Of a stretch of 64,000 bases of DNA, positions 1-11,923 are shown piece by piece. Position 1 is the first letter of the stretch; every line of letters begins with the position of its first letter. Position numbers and translations under genes: made by a program. Under the pieces are notes generated by a model. It saw nothing but the letters and a program-made list of their open reading frames with translations. It did no database searches and had not been told where the DNA came from. This DNA comes from Octopus vulgaris (lineage: Eukaryota): contig OX597819.1 of the NCBI GenBank assembly GCA_951406725.2, forward strand, positions 20,088,001 through 20,152,000. Direction: 5' to 3'.

Positions 1-540
1 AAAATATATGCATACATACATACATATATATACGTACCTACATCTACATGTATATATACATGCATATATAAATATATATACGTGAGTACAGGACACCACA
101 ATAGACGTAGAACTCAACGAGAAACGAAAACGTAAATACAAACGTGGAAACGGACCTAAACGAAATAAACAGAGTACAAGACAAACTACACAAGGAAAAA
201 TCCCCTTCATCAGCTGTCCCTAGTTCAACTCCAGCATGTTTCGAAGGTTGGACAGAACACGACTCGTGGAACAAGTCCTTCCTGCGAAGGAATTAAATAA
301 AATTACTTCGCAGAGGGGCAAAATCAAGGAAAGTTAAACATGTGACACAAAAACGATACAAAATAAAATTACAAAAAATAAAAATACAGAATAAAATTAC
401 AAGTACGAAAAATACAATCCAAGAAATAAAACAAACAAAAAACAGACAATGAGGGCCTTAATGCTGGCCTACACGAGGAAAGATTCTAACACTTTGATGG
501 CAGAGATAAAATATGCCCGGCTTAGGGGTCTGAAAAATAT
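1..540 (-). mobile_element. Non-coding Penelope-pLTR/retrozyme-like repeat (family J), copy 1, running into a (TA)-rich tail at the window start
   Basis: The reverse complement aligns by eye with 35826-36340 and 61740-62260 through shared blocks: ttcgcaggaagga, ccttcgaaac, ctga(t/a)gaagggg..ttccttg, cgtttctc, gtgtcctgtactca, catgtaga.gtaggtacgta. The 5' boundary is approximate. Confidence 0.75.
202..261 (-). ncRNA. Non-circularly permuted hammerhead ribozyme candidate, copy 1
   Basis: Minus strand reads CGUG-U-U-CUGUCC-aa-CCUUC-GAAA-CAUG-(15 nt)-GGACAG-CUGAUGA-AGGGG. Stem I is CUGUCC/GGACAG, stem III is CAUG/CGUG, and the cleavage triplet is GUU. Confidence 0.65.
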
Positions 541-945
541 TGTACCACTATCTTCTTGTTGGCATACGTTGTGTAGGAATTCCTGTTGTTATTGTTGATG
601 TTGTTTGTGTTTATCGCCACACCAAGCACAATCTAGCTGGTCTATTAACAAAAAATTTTTAAAAAAGGTTTTCAGCTGAGATCAAACAGGTCCGTAACTA
701 TCAAAGATAATACTGTCCAGTACGACTCTCTATTTTAGACGGCATCAAGATATTGATGGAAGATTTCCTGCATGTCCAGCAACACTGAAGAGGCTCAGTC
801 ATTTGTTTGGTCACGTGGATGTTGATAAATGCATTTAGAATACTAAAATGCACATGGACGTAAACATATTTCTGTGCAGTGTTTCCCAGCATGTGTTTCG
901 TTGTGAGGAACCGAATAATTCAGAACTTAACGTGTAGATCCAGCT

Positions 946-1150
946 GTGAGGCGCAATGGGGCAAGGGTTTTTTACTGAAGTGTCTCACCCTGACTCACAT
1001 GCGGAAAGAGAATCTGAGTTCATGGATGCAGCGTGGAAAAATTTCGGATGATGTATATAACCAACGAAACTTGAGTGTAGCATTAAGAGTACACCTGTCT
1101 GTGGAGTATTCAGTCCTTTCGTACTCTAATTCAAGCGGGGAGTCTTTTAT
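946..1150 (+). mobile_element. Old, degenerate SINE family A copy
   Basis: Head gaggcgcaatgg and core ttaagagtacacctgtctgtggagtattcag match the intact family A copy at 48365-48757. Confidence 0.55.
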
Positions 1151-1176
1151 TAGACAAGCAGTTGACAAGGCACATA

Positions 1177-1470
1177 TGTTAGTTAGTTAGTTAATCTGGC
1201 TCAAAAGCAAATAGCAAGGCCATGTAGGGGGACATGGAGTTAAGTACAGGGTGGTGTTCATGTAAAGAGTTCAGGCCACTTGAGGTCCAGGGAGGCTTTG
1301 AACAAAGCGGTCGTCGGCATCTTCACCATCTCGTCTGGCAGCTTGTTCCACGGATCCGCAACCCGGACGGAGAAAGCTCCTCTCCTTCGATTGAGATGAA
1401 ATCGTCGCAGGTAGAGCTTTTCGGAATGACCCCGCAGCCGACGCTCTGGAGCAGGAGTGAAGAACAGCTT
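1177..1470 (-). mobile_element. CR1-clade LINE, 5'-truncated 3' end (ORF2 C-terminus, 3' UTR, (TAAC)n tail)
   Basis: Minus strand 1470-1258 translates without stops to KLFFTPAPERRLRGHSEKLYLRRFHLNRRRGAFSVRVADPWNKLPDEMVKMPTTALFKASLDLKWPELFT*. This is the typical CR1 RGH..KL / F..RV...WN.LP / FK..LD C-terminus. A short tandem tail lies at 1177-1193. Confidence 0.88.
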
Positions 1471-2129
1471 TGTTTCTCACTTTCTCATGCGCCATCTTTG
1501 AATACACAAACATATAATCACGGACGCGAAATGGCGGTCAAATATATATATATATATGCATGCACACAAACACACATAAACACTCACAAACACATACACG
1601 CACCATCAATGCCGTGCTGTTACGGTTTCGCTGGTAAATCGCAGCAGATTCCAATCATGAGAAAAAGTATAGATTTAGATTCAATGTGTGTATGCATGTT
1701 TGTGTGTTTTCTTGCCTGTTTGTGTATGTGTATGTGTGTGGAGGGGCTCTATGTGCCTGGCTAAACGTAAACGTAGCTTTAATGCAAGCCTTATTGCTAA
1801 GGCATGGATACGCCAACGTTCTCACCTCCTATAAAATTGCCAAGGGTCTTGTATTTATCCGCCCTCATCTGACGTCCCTCTACATACTTACATCCCCCAT
1901 CATAAACTCTTGTGTGATATATCAAATACTCATTCCTCTTTTCCTCTCCTTAAACCATCTGCCGTTCAGAATCACTCCTCTGCAACTTCACCTCATAATT
2001 TTCGCTATACGAAAGTCGTTTTAGATCGACTTTAATTCCTATCAGGAAAGCAACACTCTTTTAAAAATATAAGATCGGAAAATATACATAAATCTATTGA
2101 AATTCTTGAAATACACAGAGAAATATGAA

Positions 2130-2236
2130 TTTTATATATATATATATAGGAGTATGTATATATAAATATATATGTATTGGAATGTGTGTTTATCTGTATT
2201 GTGCGTGTGCCTGTATATATATATATATATATAAAT

Positions 2237-2305
<69 letters not shown>

Positions 2306-2311
2306 TACATG

Positions 2312-2343
<32 letters not shown>

Positions 2344-2392
2344 TATATACATGTATATATATATGTATATATATATATATACATATACATAA

Positions 2393-2445
<53 letters not shown>

Positions 2446-2448
2446 CAT

Positions 2449-2515
<67 letters not shown>

Positions 2516-2670
2516 TATAAATATACATGTATATATATATATATACATGTATATATACACATATATACATATGTATACATATATATACACACACACACAT
2601 ATATATATATACACTTATCTACATATACATAGATATATACACATATACGCACGTATACATGTGTATGTAT
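2130..2670. repeat. Long interrupted (TA)n microsatellite with recurring TACATG units
   Basis: Seen directly in the sequence; it produces the YIYI ORFs. Confidence 0.95.
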
Positions 2671-4187
2671 GTAGTTCAGAGTAAATGCCTCGAGGAAGCC
2701 AAGCCGAAATCCCTTTACTCCATTCCGTCTTTATACGACTGTCCAACATTAATCTATCTCTACAGTAGTGACATATCTCCCAGTTTCATGGAGCTTCAAT
2801 TATAGAAATCCTTCTCATGTGTTATAATATCCATTAGATTACCAATATTTGTTTGCAGAGAAACGAAACAAGAAAAGGAACTTTGAAAACGGTGAAGAAA
2901 TACGGTAAGTAAGAATGTTATAGCGAGAACTTAAGGTTATCTTAAGGAATAAAGTACAGCTTAAGACACATGATTAATGCAATATAAATGCGATTAAAAT
3001 TACTCGAGCATAAGAAGACGAAGTTAGGAAATAACTGAATGAGTCCGGATGACAGTAAATTAAAGCGAAACTCGAGAGAATCTTTAGATTTCAGATAGTT
3101 CGAATCAATGCAAATACTTATTCATATATTATCAGATGTTCATATAGTATTCCCGTAAGAACCAATTGTCATTTATAAGATTTATAGATTCTCATATCGT
3201 TGCTATATTCTGAACGCTGTTTTACCATTCTCCATACAGTGCCACACCACGCTTTTACTCAAACACTCGTCTCGTTATATATAATGTAACGATCGAAAAA
3301 CGGAATTTCAATATTAATGATACTAAAATTGACATTGCAACAAAAGATTTCTTAGTTGTATTATTAAATATTTAAATTAACTTGATTGAAATAGTAGGAA
3401 TTGGAAAAACAAGGAAATCAAAATTTATGAAAGTCTTCTAAAGGTTGAAATAAAGAAAAATATTTACTGTATCTAGACTTAAGTTGATGCTTGTGTAAAA
3501 ATAGATTGTCAGACTAAATAAATTCCAGGAAACATTTGCTGATTCCTGTGTAGAGAGAAGAATTAATGGGAATCAGTCAGTTAGTTTGGCCCATTGTCAT
3601 TAGCCTCTTGTTTTATATTGGAAAACAGAGCTTTCCAAGTAAATTAACCTGTCAAACAGAACAGTCCAAGTTTATTTAAGTCAACAAAACTTAGTGCGGA
3701 ATTTATCACAACACGTACGATGTGCATAAACGTATGCCAATATAGATGGAGGAATGTAAGGCAGTGTGTGTGTGGATGATTGTATTTCTTCGTGTGAGGG
3801 GAATGACAGGGGCAAGTGGGCGGTGATTGCGAAATAATGTATAAGAGGATTGAAGAAATACTAAACGAGTTTGAATCACCCAGAATTGCCTGAATTATTT
3901 TCTTAGAACTAAAGATTATTTTTATGGTGTATTAGGTAGGACAACCGTCAAACCGTAAGTAGCGAAATGTCAGGATATTTCGCGAACTATAGCTTTATAA
4001 ATTATACAGGGTGTCTTACTCCATTGTGTCTCGTGAACACACACACATATACACAAACACATAGACACACACAAATACATACACATAAATATACACACAC
4101 GCATACACTTGCATATAGACACACACTCACACGCATATAGATATCTTTGAGTGCGTGTATATGTATGAAAATATGATTATATGCATA

Positions 4188-4255
<68 letters not shown>

Positions 4256-5419
4256 TGTGTATGTGTATATGTATACTCATGTATGCAAACACATTTATTA
4301 TACAAACACACGGGAATACCAGATGTATGTGAGTTTCCTAGAATACATCTTAGTGTATCAAGAATAACGAGTGAGTTTTTTTCACAGAAGACGATCAGCA
4401 AATAATTATAAATTGATAAAAGTTATCACACACAAGCGTGTTTGAGTGATAGCCCGTATCTTACTAGCTTTCCAAACACTGAACTGATAAACATTCGGGT
4501 CGGGCATACAATTGTTGCGTAAAATTCTTTGCGTGGTGCGCTACCTAGTCAACGCGTTACCCAACGCGCAACCCAAGACTTACGCGCTGCCCAGCCAACT
4601 AATTAAAAGAAAGACTGTATGATAATGAGACGAACGTCCTAAACATCTGGACGGACGCCCATACTTTATAAGTAAACATAAATGCTTGTATATCTAAACA
4701 AGCTTAAAGAGATGGAGAGTGGTGAGCATTTATGTATTTAACAAACAAAATTTGGTCGCTGCATAAATGCGATTAAACGTAATAGATTTGTGTTTATGAC
4801 TGCAGTTTCATCAGTTTGCTTCAGTGATGGAGCTGTTTCCCCATCACCATTCTCTTTCATTAAAAGTTAGTATTATAATTTAACATTTTCTGAGTACTTA
4901 TAACAAACAATAGACATCGCGGAACGTAACATTCAGCTAAATACGTGGACTAAAATAACAACGTGTTGCAATGGAAAGAATTGCCTGCTTTGTCGTTATA
5001 GTATTTCACACGAACAGCTTCATTTGATTTGTCTAACAAACAATACATTAATTCTATGAGAATCATTGGCAATTCTCCGTCGTGGTGGAGCTATCGAAAT
5101 TCGTGTTAGAGTACACAAAGAAGACTTCAAGTGCAAGCAGTTTTGTTTATAGAAATGTTGTGTTCAGTTATTGATTAAAACTATGCTTCTAATCGGTAAT
5201 TAAAGACATTCGAAAATATAATGTTATTGGTAACGACACCCTACCATTAAAGCATCAAGTTTCTGTTATGACTTCCTGTTATATTGTCTTCAAGAAGATT
5301 AGGAACAAGTTGCGTTTGTGAGGACTTGTTATTGCGGCTCTCTGCATGACAAGACAATGCAGAACTGTCCGAAGGAATATGAGTTCGTGCTCAATACCAC
5401 ATTCTGAAAATTATATGGT

Positions 5420-5475
<56 letters not shown>

Positions 5476-5969
5476 TGCAAATATGCATCTATAAGTCTGC
5501 GTGGATAGAATAATAACATCGATTATATTCACACATACATTCATACACACAAACACATATTCTCTCTCTCTCTCTCTTTCTCTCTCTTTCTCTCACGCAC
5601 ACGTACACTCACAAACACATACGTACACAACTGAAATGCTCTTGTGTATCAACCTCAATATACGTATATTTAAACAGACATGCAGCTATTTAAATAGAGA
5701 AAGACATGGAACTACTTTCCATTGGAATATAATTAACATTTAGATATACACATGCATATATGTGCGTGTGCGTACGCCTGTGTACACACTCACAAACAGA
5801 AGCAAACACACACATACACACACTCACATACACGCATAACAATATTTGATTTTTATGTATTTTGTAACAAAAGTAACTTTACATTAAACTGATAACTCAA
5901 TGCAGTTTGAAGAGTAAAAAAAAATATTATGATTCAACATGAATAGTATTGATAGGTATTACTAAGTTT

Positions 5970-6176
5970 CGGCCAGTTAAGCCAATTTCGGACTCTCCAA
6001 AATGTTAAACGGCTTTTTGTATGTCTTTACTTTCTCTATTGAAATTACGCTGTGGTCGACTTTGGCTTTTATCATTTCGAAAACGGTGAAATAAGTACCC
6101 GTTGTGTACTGAGGTCGATGTAATCGTCATAACACCTTTCCAGAAATTGCTGGCCTTGTGCCAAAAATTGAAACCC
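5970..6176 (+). mobile_element. Degenerate SINE family C copy with the alternative tail
   Basis: Core gtcgactttggcttttatcatttcg...aagtacc...ggtcgatgtaatcg and tail gaaattgctggccttgtgccaaaaattgaaacc. Confidence 0.6.
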
Positions 6177-6247
6177 ATGTACGTGTGCATTTTATGTGTG
6201 TGTCTGTGAATCTTATATATATATATACATATATATATATATCTATA

Positions 6248-6319
<72 letters not shown>

Positions 6320-6322
<3 letters not shown>

Positions 6323-6955
6323 TGTGAAATTAATAAGGGTATAACATTTTTTTAAAAATCACACCAGTGTCCAGCATGCGTACTAAAGTCAATAGACAAC
6401 ATATTTTCATATAAAATAGTGTGTAAACAATGTACGTATTTATACATGAAAGAGGTGTTATTTAACAGGATAACTTACATGCTAGAAAGGTCAGTTAAAC
6501 CACGAATAAGACCAATTTCAAAGGGAATGAAAATAAAAACATATTTTTGTAGTTACCCTCGGACTTGTGATTCTTTATCAATGTGCAAAATAATTTAATT
6601 TGCCATCCGAAATTCTTCAGTGAGGTCGCGAAAATTAATGCATATTTATGCAGCAAGTAGCACCGAAAATACACGTGCTACATGCTTATATATTATAATT
6701 TTCAAATCCACCGCGCAAGCGCAGTTACATTCGGCAGTAAATAGTAATAAAAAAAATGAAAACTGCCTACCAGAAAGGCTTCGAAACTACAGTGAAATTA
6801 ATAAAGGTCGAAAATTTAGAATAATTTTCATACTGGTAGCTAGCATGCGTAATAAAGTCAATAGACAATATATTTTCATATATAATGGTGTATAAGCAAT
6901 TTCTGTATCAATGTGCAAAGTAATTTAATATGTCATCCGTACTTCAGGGAGGGTT
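6320..6955. repeat. Degenerate tandem duplication (~467-nt offset) next to (TA)n
   Basis: tac(t/a)gtgaaattaataa.ggt and agcatgcgta.taaagtcaatagacaa.atattttcatata occur at ~6320 and ~6788. tatcaatgtgcaaa.taatttaat..g.catccg occurs at ~6577 and ~6906; the second copy has an internal deletion. Confidence 0.75.
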
Positions 6956-7599
6956 GGTAACGATAACCCACGGCCCAAAATCAAGTAGTCACTCTTAGGA
7001 CTGCCTCGATCTCATTCAGATATAAACTTCCTAGTGTATTAAAAAGGGTTTATCTACTGGAGGAATAGTAAGCTATGAAACGTTTTAAATTTTTAAATAG
7101 TTTGAAATCATTTAGCATAGAGTCATAGTCGGCAGTATAGTTTGCAGCAGGCCTTGTTCGGTAGGTGTCATTGAAAAGTCACAGCAATGATGAAACATCG
7201 ACGTCTGTCGCTCGAGAAGGAAACATGGTGTGAGTTGTCTCGCCTGCTTACGACGTTCGTTTAGATGTTTTCACACAATGCGCACTGGGAATATAGTCTC
7301 CTTCGCGGACTAAGAACACACACAGATGGTGTATGTGTCTTCAAAATTGTTTATATACCTCGAGCTGCTTGTAATTCATATCTGAAAATGCGTGTGTGTG
7401 TGTGTGTCAGTGGGAACATATTTGCTGCTGAATCTTGGATTCTGTACCGAAATAACATCAACCAGCTTCACGCGTTTCATATGCACTGCTTGTGTACTTA
7501 TCTCCAACATAAAACCGAGTGCCCATATTCATGGCAGAGAGGTATTAACAAAATGCAGCAGATCAGGTATCGAAGCCATCCCCATTAAAATACAGCATA

Positions 7600-7976
7600 A
7601 ATGGTAATGTGACACGTATGAGTGATATCAGAATTCCGAAGGATCTTCCTTTTGGTCAATTCCAAATAAAAAGGTTATTTCAAAAGCCACATTTACACTT
7701 CTATCTCAAATAGAAAGACAATCTGATATGATGCAACATTCCCATTTCTTTTCGGGAAAATAAAGCATCAGAACGCAGGACCTGGGCCCATTCCTGCTTC
7801 TCCTCTAGTTCAAAACTTTGAGCAAAGGAAACTCCAAAATTATGATCATCTTCGTGCAAGCATAACAATACGTTGCTCCTGTATATAGAACGGAAACCTG
7901 ACCTGTCTTTGTGGATATGTGGCAGGAAGCTAAGCCATCCTCTCAAGAAAATACATAGTAAATGATCCAGAAACAC
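7600..7976 (-). mobile_element. Decayed non-LTR retrotransposon RT fragment (tentative)
   Basis: The ORF text LPHIHKDRSGFRSIYRS...SFAQSFELEEKQEWAQVL resembles the RT motifs Q.GFR..RS and DF.KAFD.V....W.VL, with a GIDQ..DP-like motif downstream. Confidence 0.3.
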
Positions 7977-8118
7977 TCAAGCAAAGAGAGTCCTCATCTT
8001 ATTCTATATACCAAAAGGTTACAAGGCACTAGCAGGCCTCAAGTGACATATTCATGTACATAGAAAGTGATTGAATCTTCGTTTTACTGAACAATCATTT
8101 GACGATCACAAAAGAATC

Positions 8119-8217
<99 letters not shown>

Positions 8218-8237
8218 GAGAGAGAGACACACAATAA

Positions 8238-8408
8238 ATTTACGGAGCAGAATAGGTAAGAGCCGGGCTACATAACGGGCGGAACCTCAGAAGGGGTAAA
8301 AATCCAAGTGATGTGTTCCTGCTTTCCAGGCCAAGGGTATCTTAACTAAATCAAAGATTACATTGTCACAAGGATGTACATATTGACGCATGGAAGATTC
8401 AATCAGAA
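8238..8408 (-). mobile_element. Degenerate single-arm copy of the hammerhead-bearing unit at 35043-35402
   Basis: Shared ccgggctaca, ggaacctc.gaag, caggccaa.g.tatctt, tgtcacaagga.gt.catatt and atggaagattcaatca. The GAAACATGT segment is deleted. Confidence 0.65.
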
Positions 8409-8559
8409 TGTGCGGTGAGCACAGTATAAGACGGGTATATAAATGTAGAAATATGTATTTGAATAAAGGAATAAGGAGAAAATAAATGGAAGAGAGAGGA
8501 AGCAGGAATTTAAGCGATGCCATAATAACTATCAAATTATACAACCCCACAACACCAAA

Positions 8560-9180
8560 CTTAACTTTTTAACAAATGCTAATCTGAATGCTAGCAATAA
8601 TAACTAACATTACACTCATTTCTCACTAAATGGTGGTCCATAATCACCCAGCAGCTATAACAAGTGTGATATCACCATCCACGGATTGTCTGAATGAACG
8701 CAACAGTATAATATTCACCTGCAAACATCGGACACTAAATCTACTCTCAAAATATAAATAATTACAACCCCCACCTCGCCCTTTTCTCCTTAAATTTTAT
8801 AAATTTCCCCTTATCTACACTCTCTGCTACTCTATATTAAACTAACAATATTTCTGCTTTTTAATTACTTTATTGTCAATTACACGGTTCTCTCCTTATT
8901 TTCCCTCACAACTCGAAACATTTTGCTTTCTATTTCAACTGCCTCCCTCTCCTACGCCCTCCTATTTTTAACTTACATGTACATACGCCAACACACACCA
9001 CCACCACTTCTATTGTACGGACGCTGATCACACACTATATACATTGCTCTATTGACAAAACGTATAGTAACCCTCACAGTTCTTCCCCACGCCTCTTTAC
9101 TTTCTTTTTCATGCATATACGTATATCCCCCCACTTTATCAAAAACACCCCACCCCCTTTTCTTTCCATTTACATACATA
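8560..9180 (+). mobile_element. Decayed Penelope-like 3' region (GIY-YIG C-terminus remnant plus pyrimidine-rich 3' tract), tentative
   Basis: Fragments HFSLNG..H / ITIHGL / IF...GTLN resemble Penelope endonuclease C-termini and are followed by a C/T-rich tract. The frames are broken. Confidence 0.3.
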
Positions 9181-9371
9181 CATACATATATATATATTAT
9201 ATATATATATATAGAATGGTTGTATACTGTTAATTTAACGTGACAGTAGGGGATTACACACCGCTGTTTAGCCCTAGGAAGCATCGACGCTTCCTGATGG
9301 CTTCGACACATTTTTTCCTGTCTTATATATTTACGAAGGAGAGACAAATACCCCCAGCAGCCAGGCCTGCA

Positions 9372-9418
9372 TCTAGAGACACGCATGTTTCAGGATCTTT
9401 GTCCATCATCGGTCTAGA
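9372..9418 (-). ncRNA. Type I hammerhead ribozyme, U4C core variant
   Basis: Minus strand reads UCUAGA-CCGAUGA-UGGA caaaga UCCU-GAAAC-AU gc GU-GUC|UCUAGA. Stem I is 6 bp and extends into a long rod. Predicted cleavage is between 9378 and 9377. Confidence 0.7.
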
Positions 9419-9730
9419 GTACCAGAATCCTGCCAGCCGCAGATATTTGTCCCGACTTCGTAAATATATATATCTAATTTTCATTGAAGTTTATTCACTG
9501 ATTACCAAAATCACAAATATTAAATTTCTAAATATCTCATAGAGATATGTACGGTGGTGGGGCGACAGAATGGTTGTATACTGTCAATTTAAAGTGACAG
9601 TAGGGGTTTACAGCACCGCTGTTTAGCCCTAGGAAGCATCGACGCTTCCTGATGGCTTCGACAAATTTTTTTCCTGTGTCCTTATATATTTACGAAGGGG
9701 AGACAAATACCCCCAGCAGCCAGGCCTGCA

Positions 9731-9777
9731 TCTAGAGACACGCATGATTCAGGATCTTTGTCCATCATCCGTCCAGA
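9731..9777 (-). ncRNA. Second hammerhead copy with a mutated core (CGGAUGA, GAAU), probably inactive
   Basis: UCUGGA-CGGAUGA-UGGAcaaagaUCCU-GAAUC-AUGCGU-GUC-UCUAGA. Confidence 0.55.
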
Positions 9778-10304
9778 GTAGCGTGTCTCTAGATGCAGGC
9801 CTGGCTGTTGGGGGTATTTGTCTCCCCTTCGTAAATATATAAGGACAGTACCCAGATTCTGGAGGTTGTGGAGTTACTTGATTTCCGTGTTTTATGCAAG
9901 ATCATAAATTGATTTTTACCCTTTCCAATTTATTTTCTGTAGATTGTATATAATAGAGAAGATGTAAATAATGCCATACGTGGAGTAGAGATAAGTGTTC
10001 AAAACAATTCAAGTACCTAATCACCAACGTCCAACGAAAGGATACCGAATCAGTGCGCAAAAGCGTTAGCTATAGTTATTGTATCGGTTGAGCCATTACA
10101 GATATTCGACACCAAGTAAGTTTCTACACAATTTCTGTCATCCTACTTTCACTGACGAGCTGAATTAACCCAGTGAATGGAAAAGTAACTTCACTAAGAT
10201 GTCTTAAAAGAGTATCGAATCAGTCATCAGACAAATGCGAATCGGGCTTCTTCATCATTCAATGGTGTTGCGTCCATAATTATCCCATTTGCATTACATA
10301 GCAA

Positions 10305-10688
10305 TGGAAGCACTCCGTCGATTACGACGACGAGGGTTCCAGTTGATCCGAATCAACGGAACAGCCTGCTCGTGAAATTAACGTGTAAGTGGCTGAGCAC
10401 TCCACAGACACGTGTACCCTTAATGTAGCTTTAGGGGATATTCAGCGTGACATAGAGAGTGACAAGGCCGGCCCTTTGAAATACAAGTACAACAGAAACA
10501 GGAAGTAAGAGTGAGAGAAAGGTGTGGTGAAAGAGTACAGCAGGGATCACCACCATCCCTGCCGAAGCCTCGTGGAGCTTTTAGGTGTTTTCGCTCAACA
10601 AACACTCACAACGCCCGGTCTGGGAATCAAAACCGCGATCGTACGACCGCCAGTCCGCTGCCCTAACCACTGGGCCATTGCGCCTCCA
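10305..10688 (-). mobile_element. tRNA-derived SINE family A, full length
   Basis: Head GGAGGCGCAATGGCCCAGTGGTTAGGG (Pol III box A) plus a box B-like motif. Near-identical to 28991-29375, 40187-40571 and 48365-48757. Confidence 0.92.
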
Positions 10689-11840
10689 CTTTTACAAGAG
10701 TCATCAGAGAACTGCGAATCGGGCTTCTTCATCATTCAATGATGTTGCGTCCATAATTATCCCATTTACATTAAATAGCAATAAATAACGTACTTCATTA
10801 TTTTCCTATTAACTACCTTAATTTTCGTTCTCTTCTACGAGATTGGTCATTCCGACAGGCACATCTTGGCGTCGTAAATAGTGCCACGCTATAGTAATAT
10901 TTCCTATAAATAAACCTCTGCGCAATTTTGAATAAGCTTTGATTTTAAAGTTGAAAATATATTTTATAATTGGAAAACAAAAAGACATTCTAATCCCAAA
11001 TGACTAACGAAACATTTTAGTAATTCAATATCTGTTTGTATTGTTTGTGTATGTGCTCCCAAATAGGTCATATTAAAACTATTTTACAGTACTGTACATG
11101 GATTTATAAAGATTGTCTTCACAATTGGTTTTTATCCCTTATTCCACAGAGATCTTTACCCATTAATATGTATTTCTCTATAGTCAAGCTAAAAGCTTTC
11201 ATCCCGCAATTCCTTTATCAGTAGATTCCATATTTGTATTTTTAATATTGATCTTCCTTTTCTTTCTTTTCTTTTCCTTATATTCTGTCGTCTGTTTCCA
11301 TTTACTTTTCGATAACAGATTGAAAGTCTTAAAACCAAATCTACTTCACATCTGGTATTAGATTCTACTGAAAATGAATTTAAAAATAAAAATGTGAATC
11401 AATAGTTGTTTTAGATAATGTTTTAAATAATTCCTTTGATACGAAATTCCATTATTATTATTCATATTTTTATTGGTGTTATTGCCGTTGTTGTTGTTGT
11501 TGTTATTATTATTAATTATGTTTTTATTATTGATACGGTTTTTCATGTTGTTCTTGTTAGAATTAAGAAATCCAAGAAGGAGAAATGCTTTTGATGATTT
11601 TCAATTTAAAACTCTTCGTAAAACAAGCTGTAAAAGGATTTATTGATAAATAAACATATGTGTAAAATGTCCGCTTATAAATTAAAAAGAAAAGACATAT
11701 TATTTACCTTACACACACACACACATACACACATACACACACACTGACACACATACACATACATACAGAAAATAACAGAGGCACACATAGACACACGACC
11801 GCGCACGCCTGTGTGCGCACACAACGTGCTAACACAGACA

Positions 11841-11923
<83 letters not shown>

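Larger units (their letters stand above)
9213..9847 (-). mobile_element. Tandem 354-nt hammerhead-bearing unit (Penelope pLTR/retrozyme-like) with an inverted terminal segment
   Basis: Direct repeat starts at 9213 and 9567 (agaatggttgtatactgt...). 9781-9847 is the reverse complement of 9677-9743. It abuts (TA)n at ~9180-9212. Confidence 0.8.

Noticed and set aside
1234-1764. 176-aa plus-strand ORF
   Set aside because: It is the antisense reading of the CR1 fragment running into CA/TG repeats; the coding signal is on the minus strand.
2032-2652. Long YIYI/HTHT/poly-I/poly-N/poly-R/YLSI ORFs here and at 46557-47272, 54455-55167 and 60873-61284
   Set aside because: These are translations of microsatellites, not genes.
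2859-2905. Possible short exon (ttgtttgcag ... cg|gtaagt)
   Set aside because: Splice-like signals only; no recognisable protein or partner exons. RNA-seq would be needed.
9629-9663. Plus-strand hammerhead-like cctaggaagc..gcttcCTGATGGcttcGACA
   Set aside because: The core deviates (CUGAUGG, GACA) and there is no stem II; the credible ribozyme is on the minus strand.
10150-10190. CTGACGA-gctg..cagt-GAAT motif
   Set aside because: No stem I or stem III, and it lies in what looks like a decayed SINE B head.
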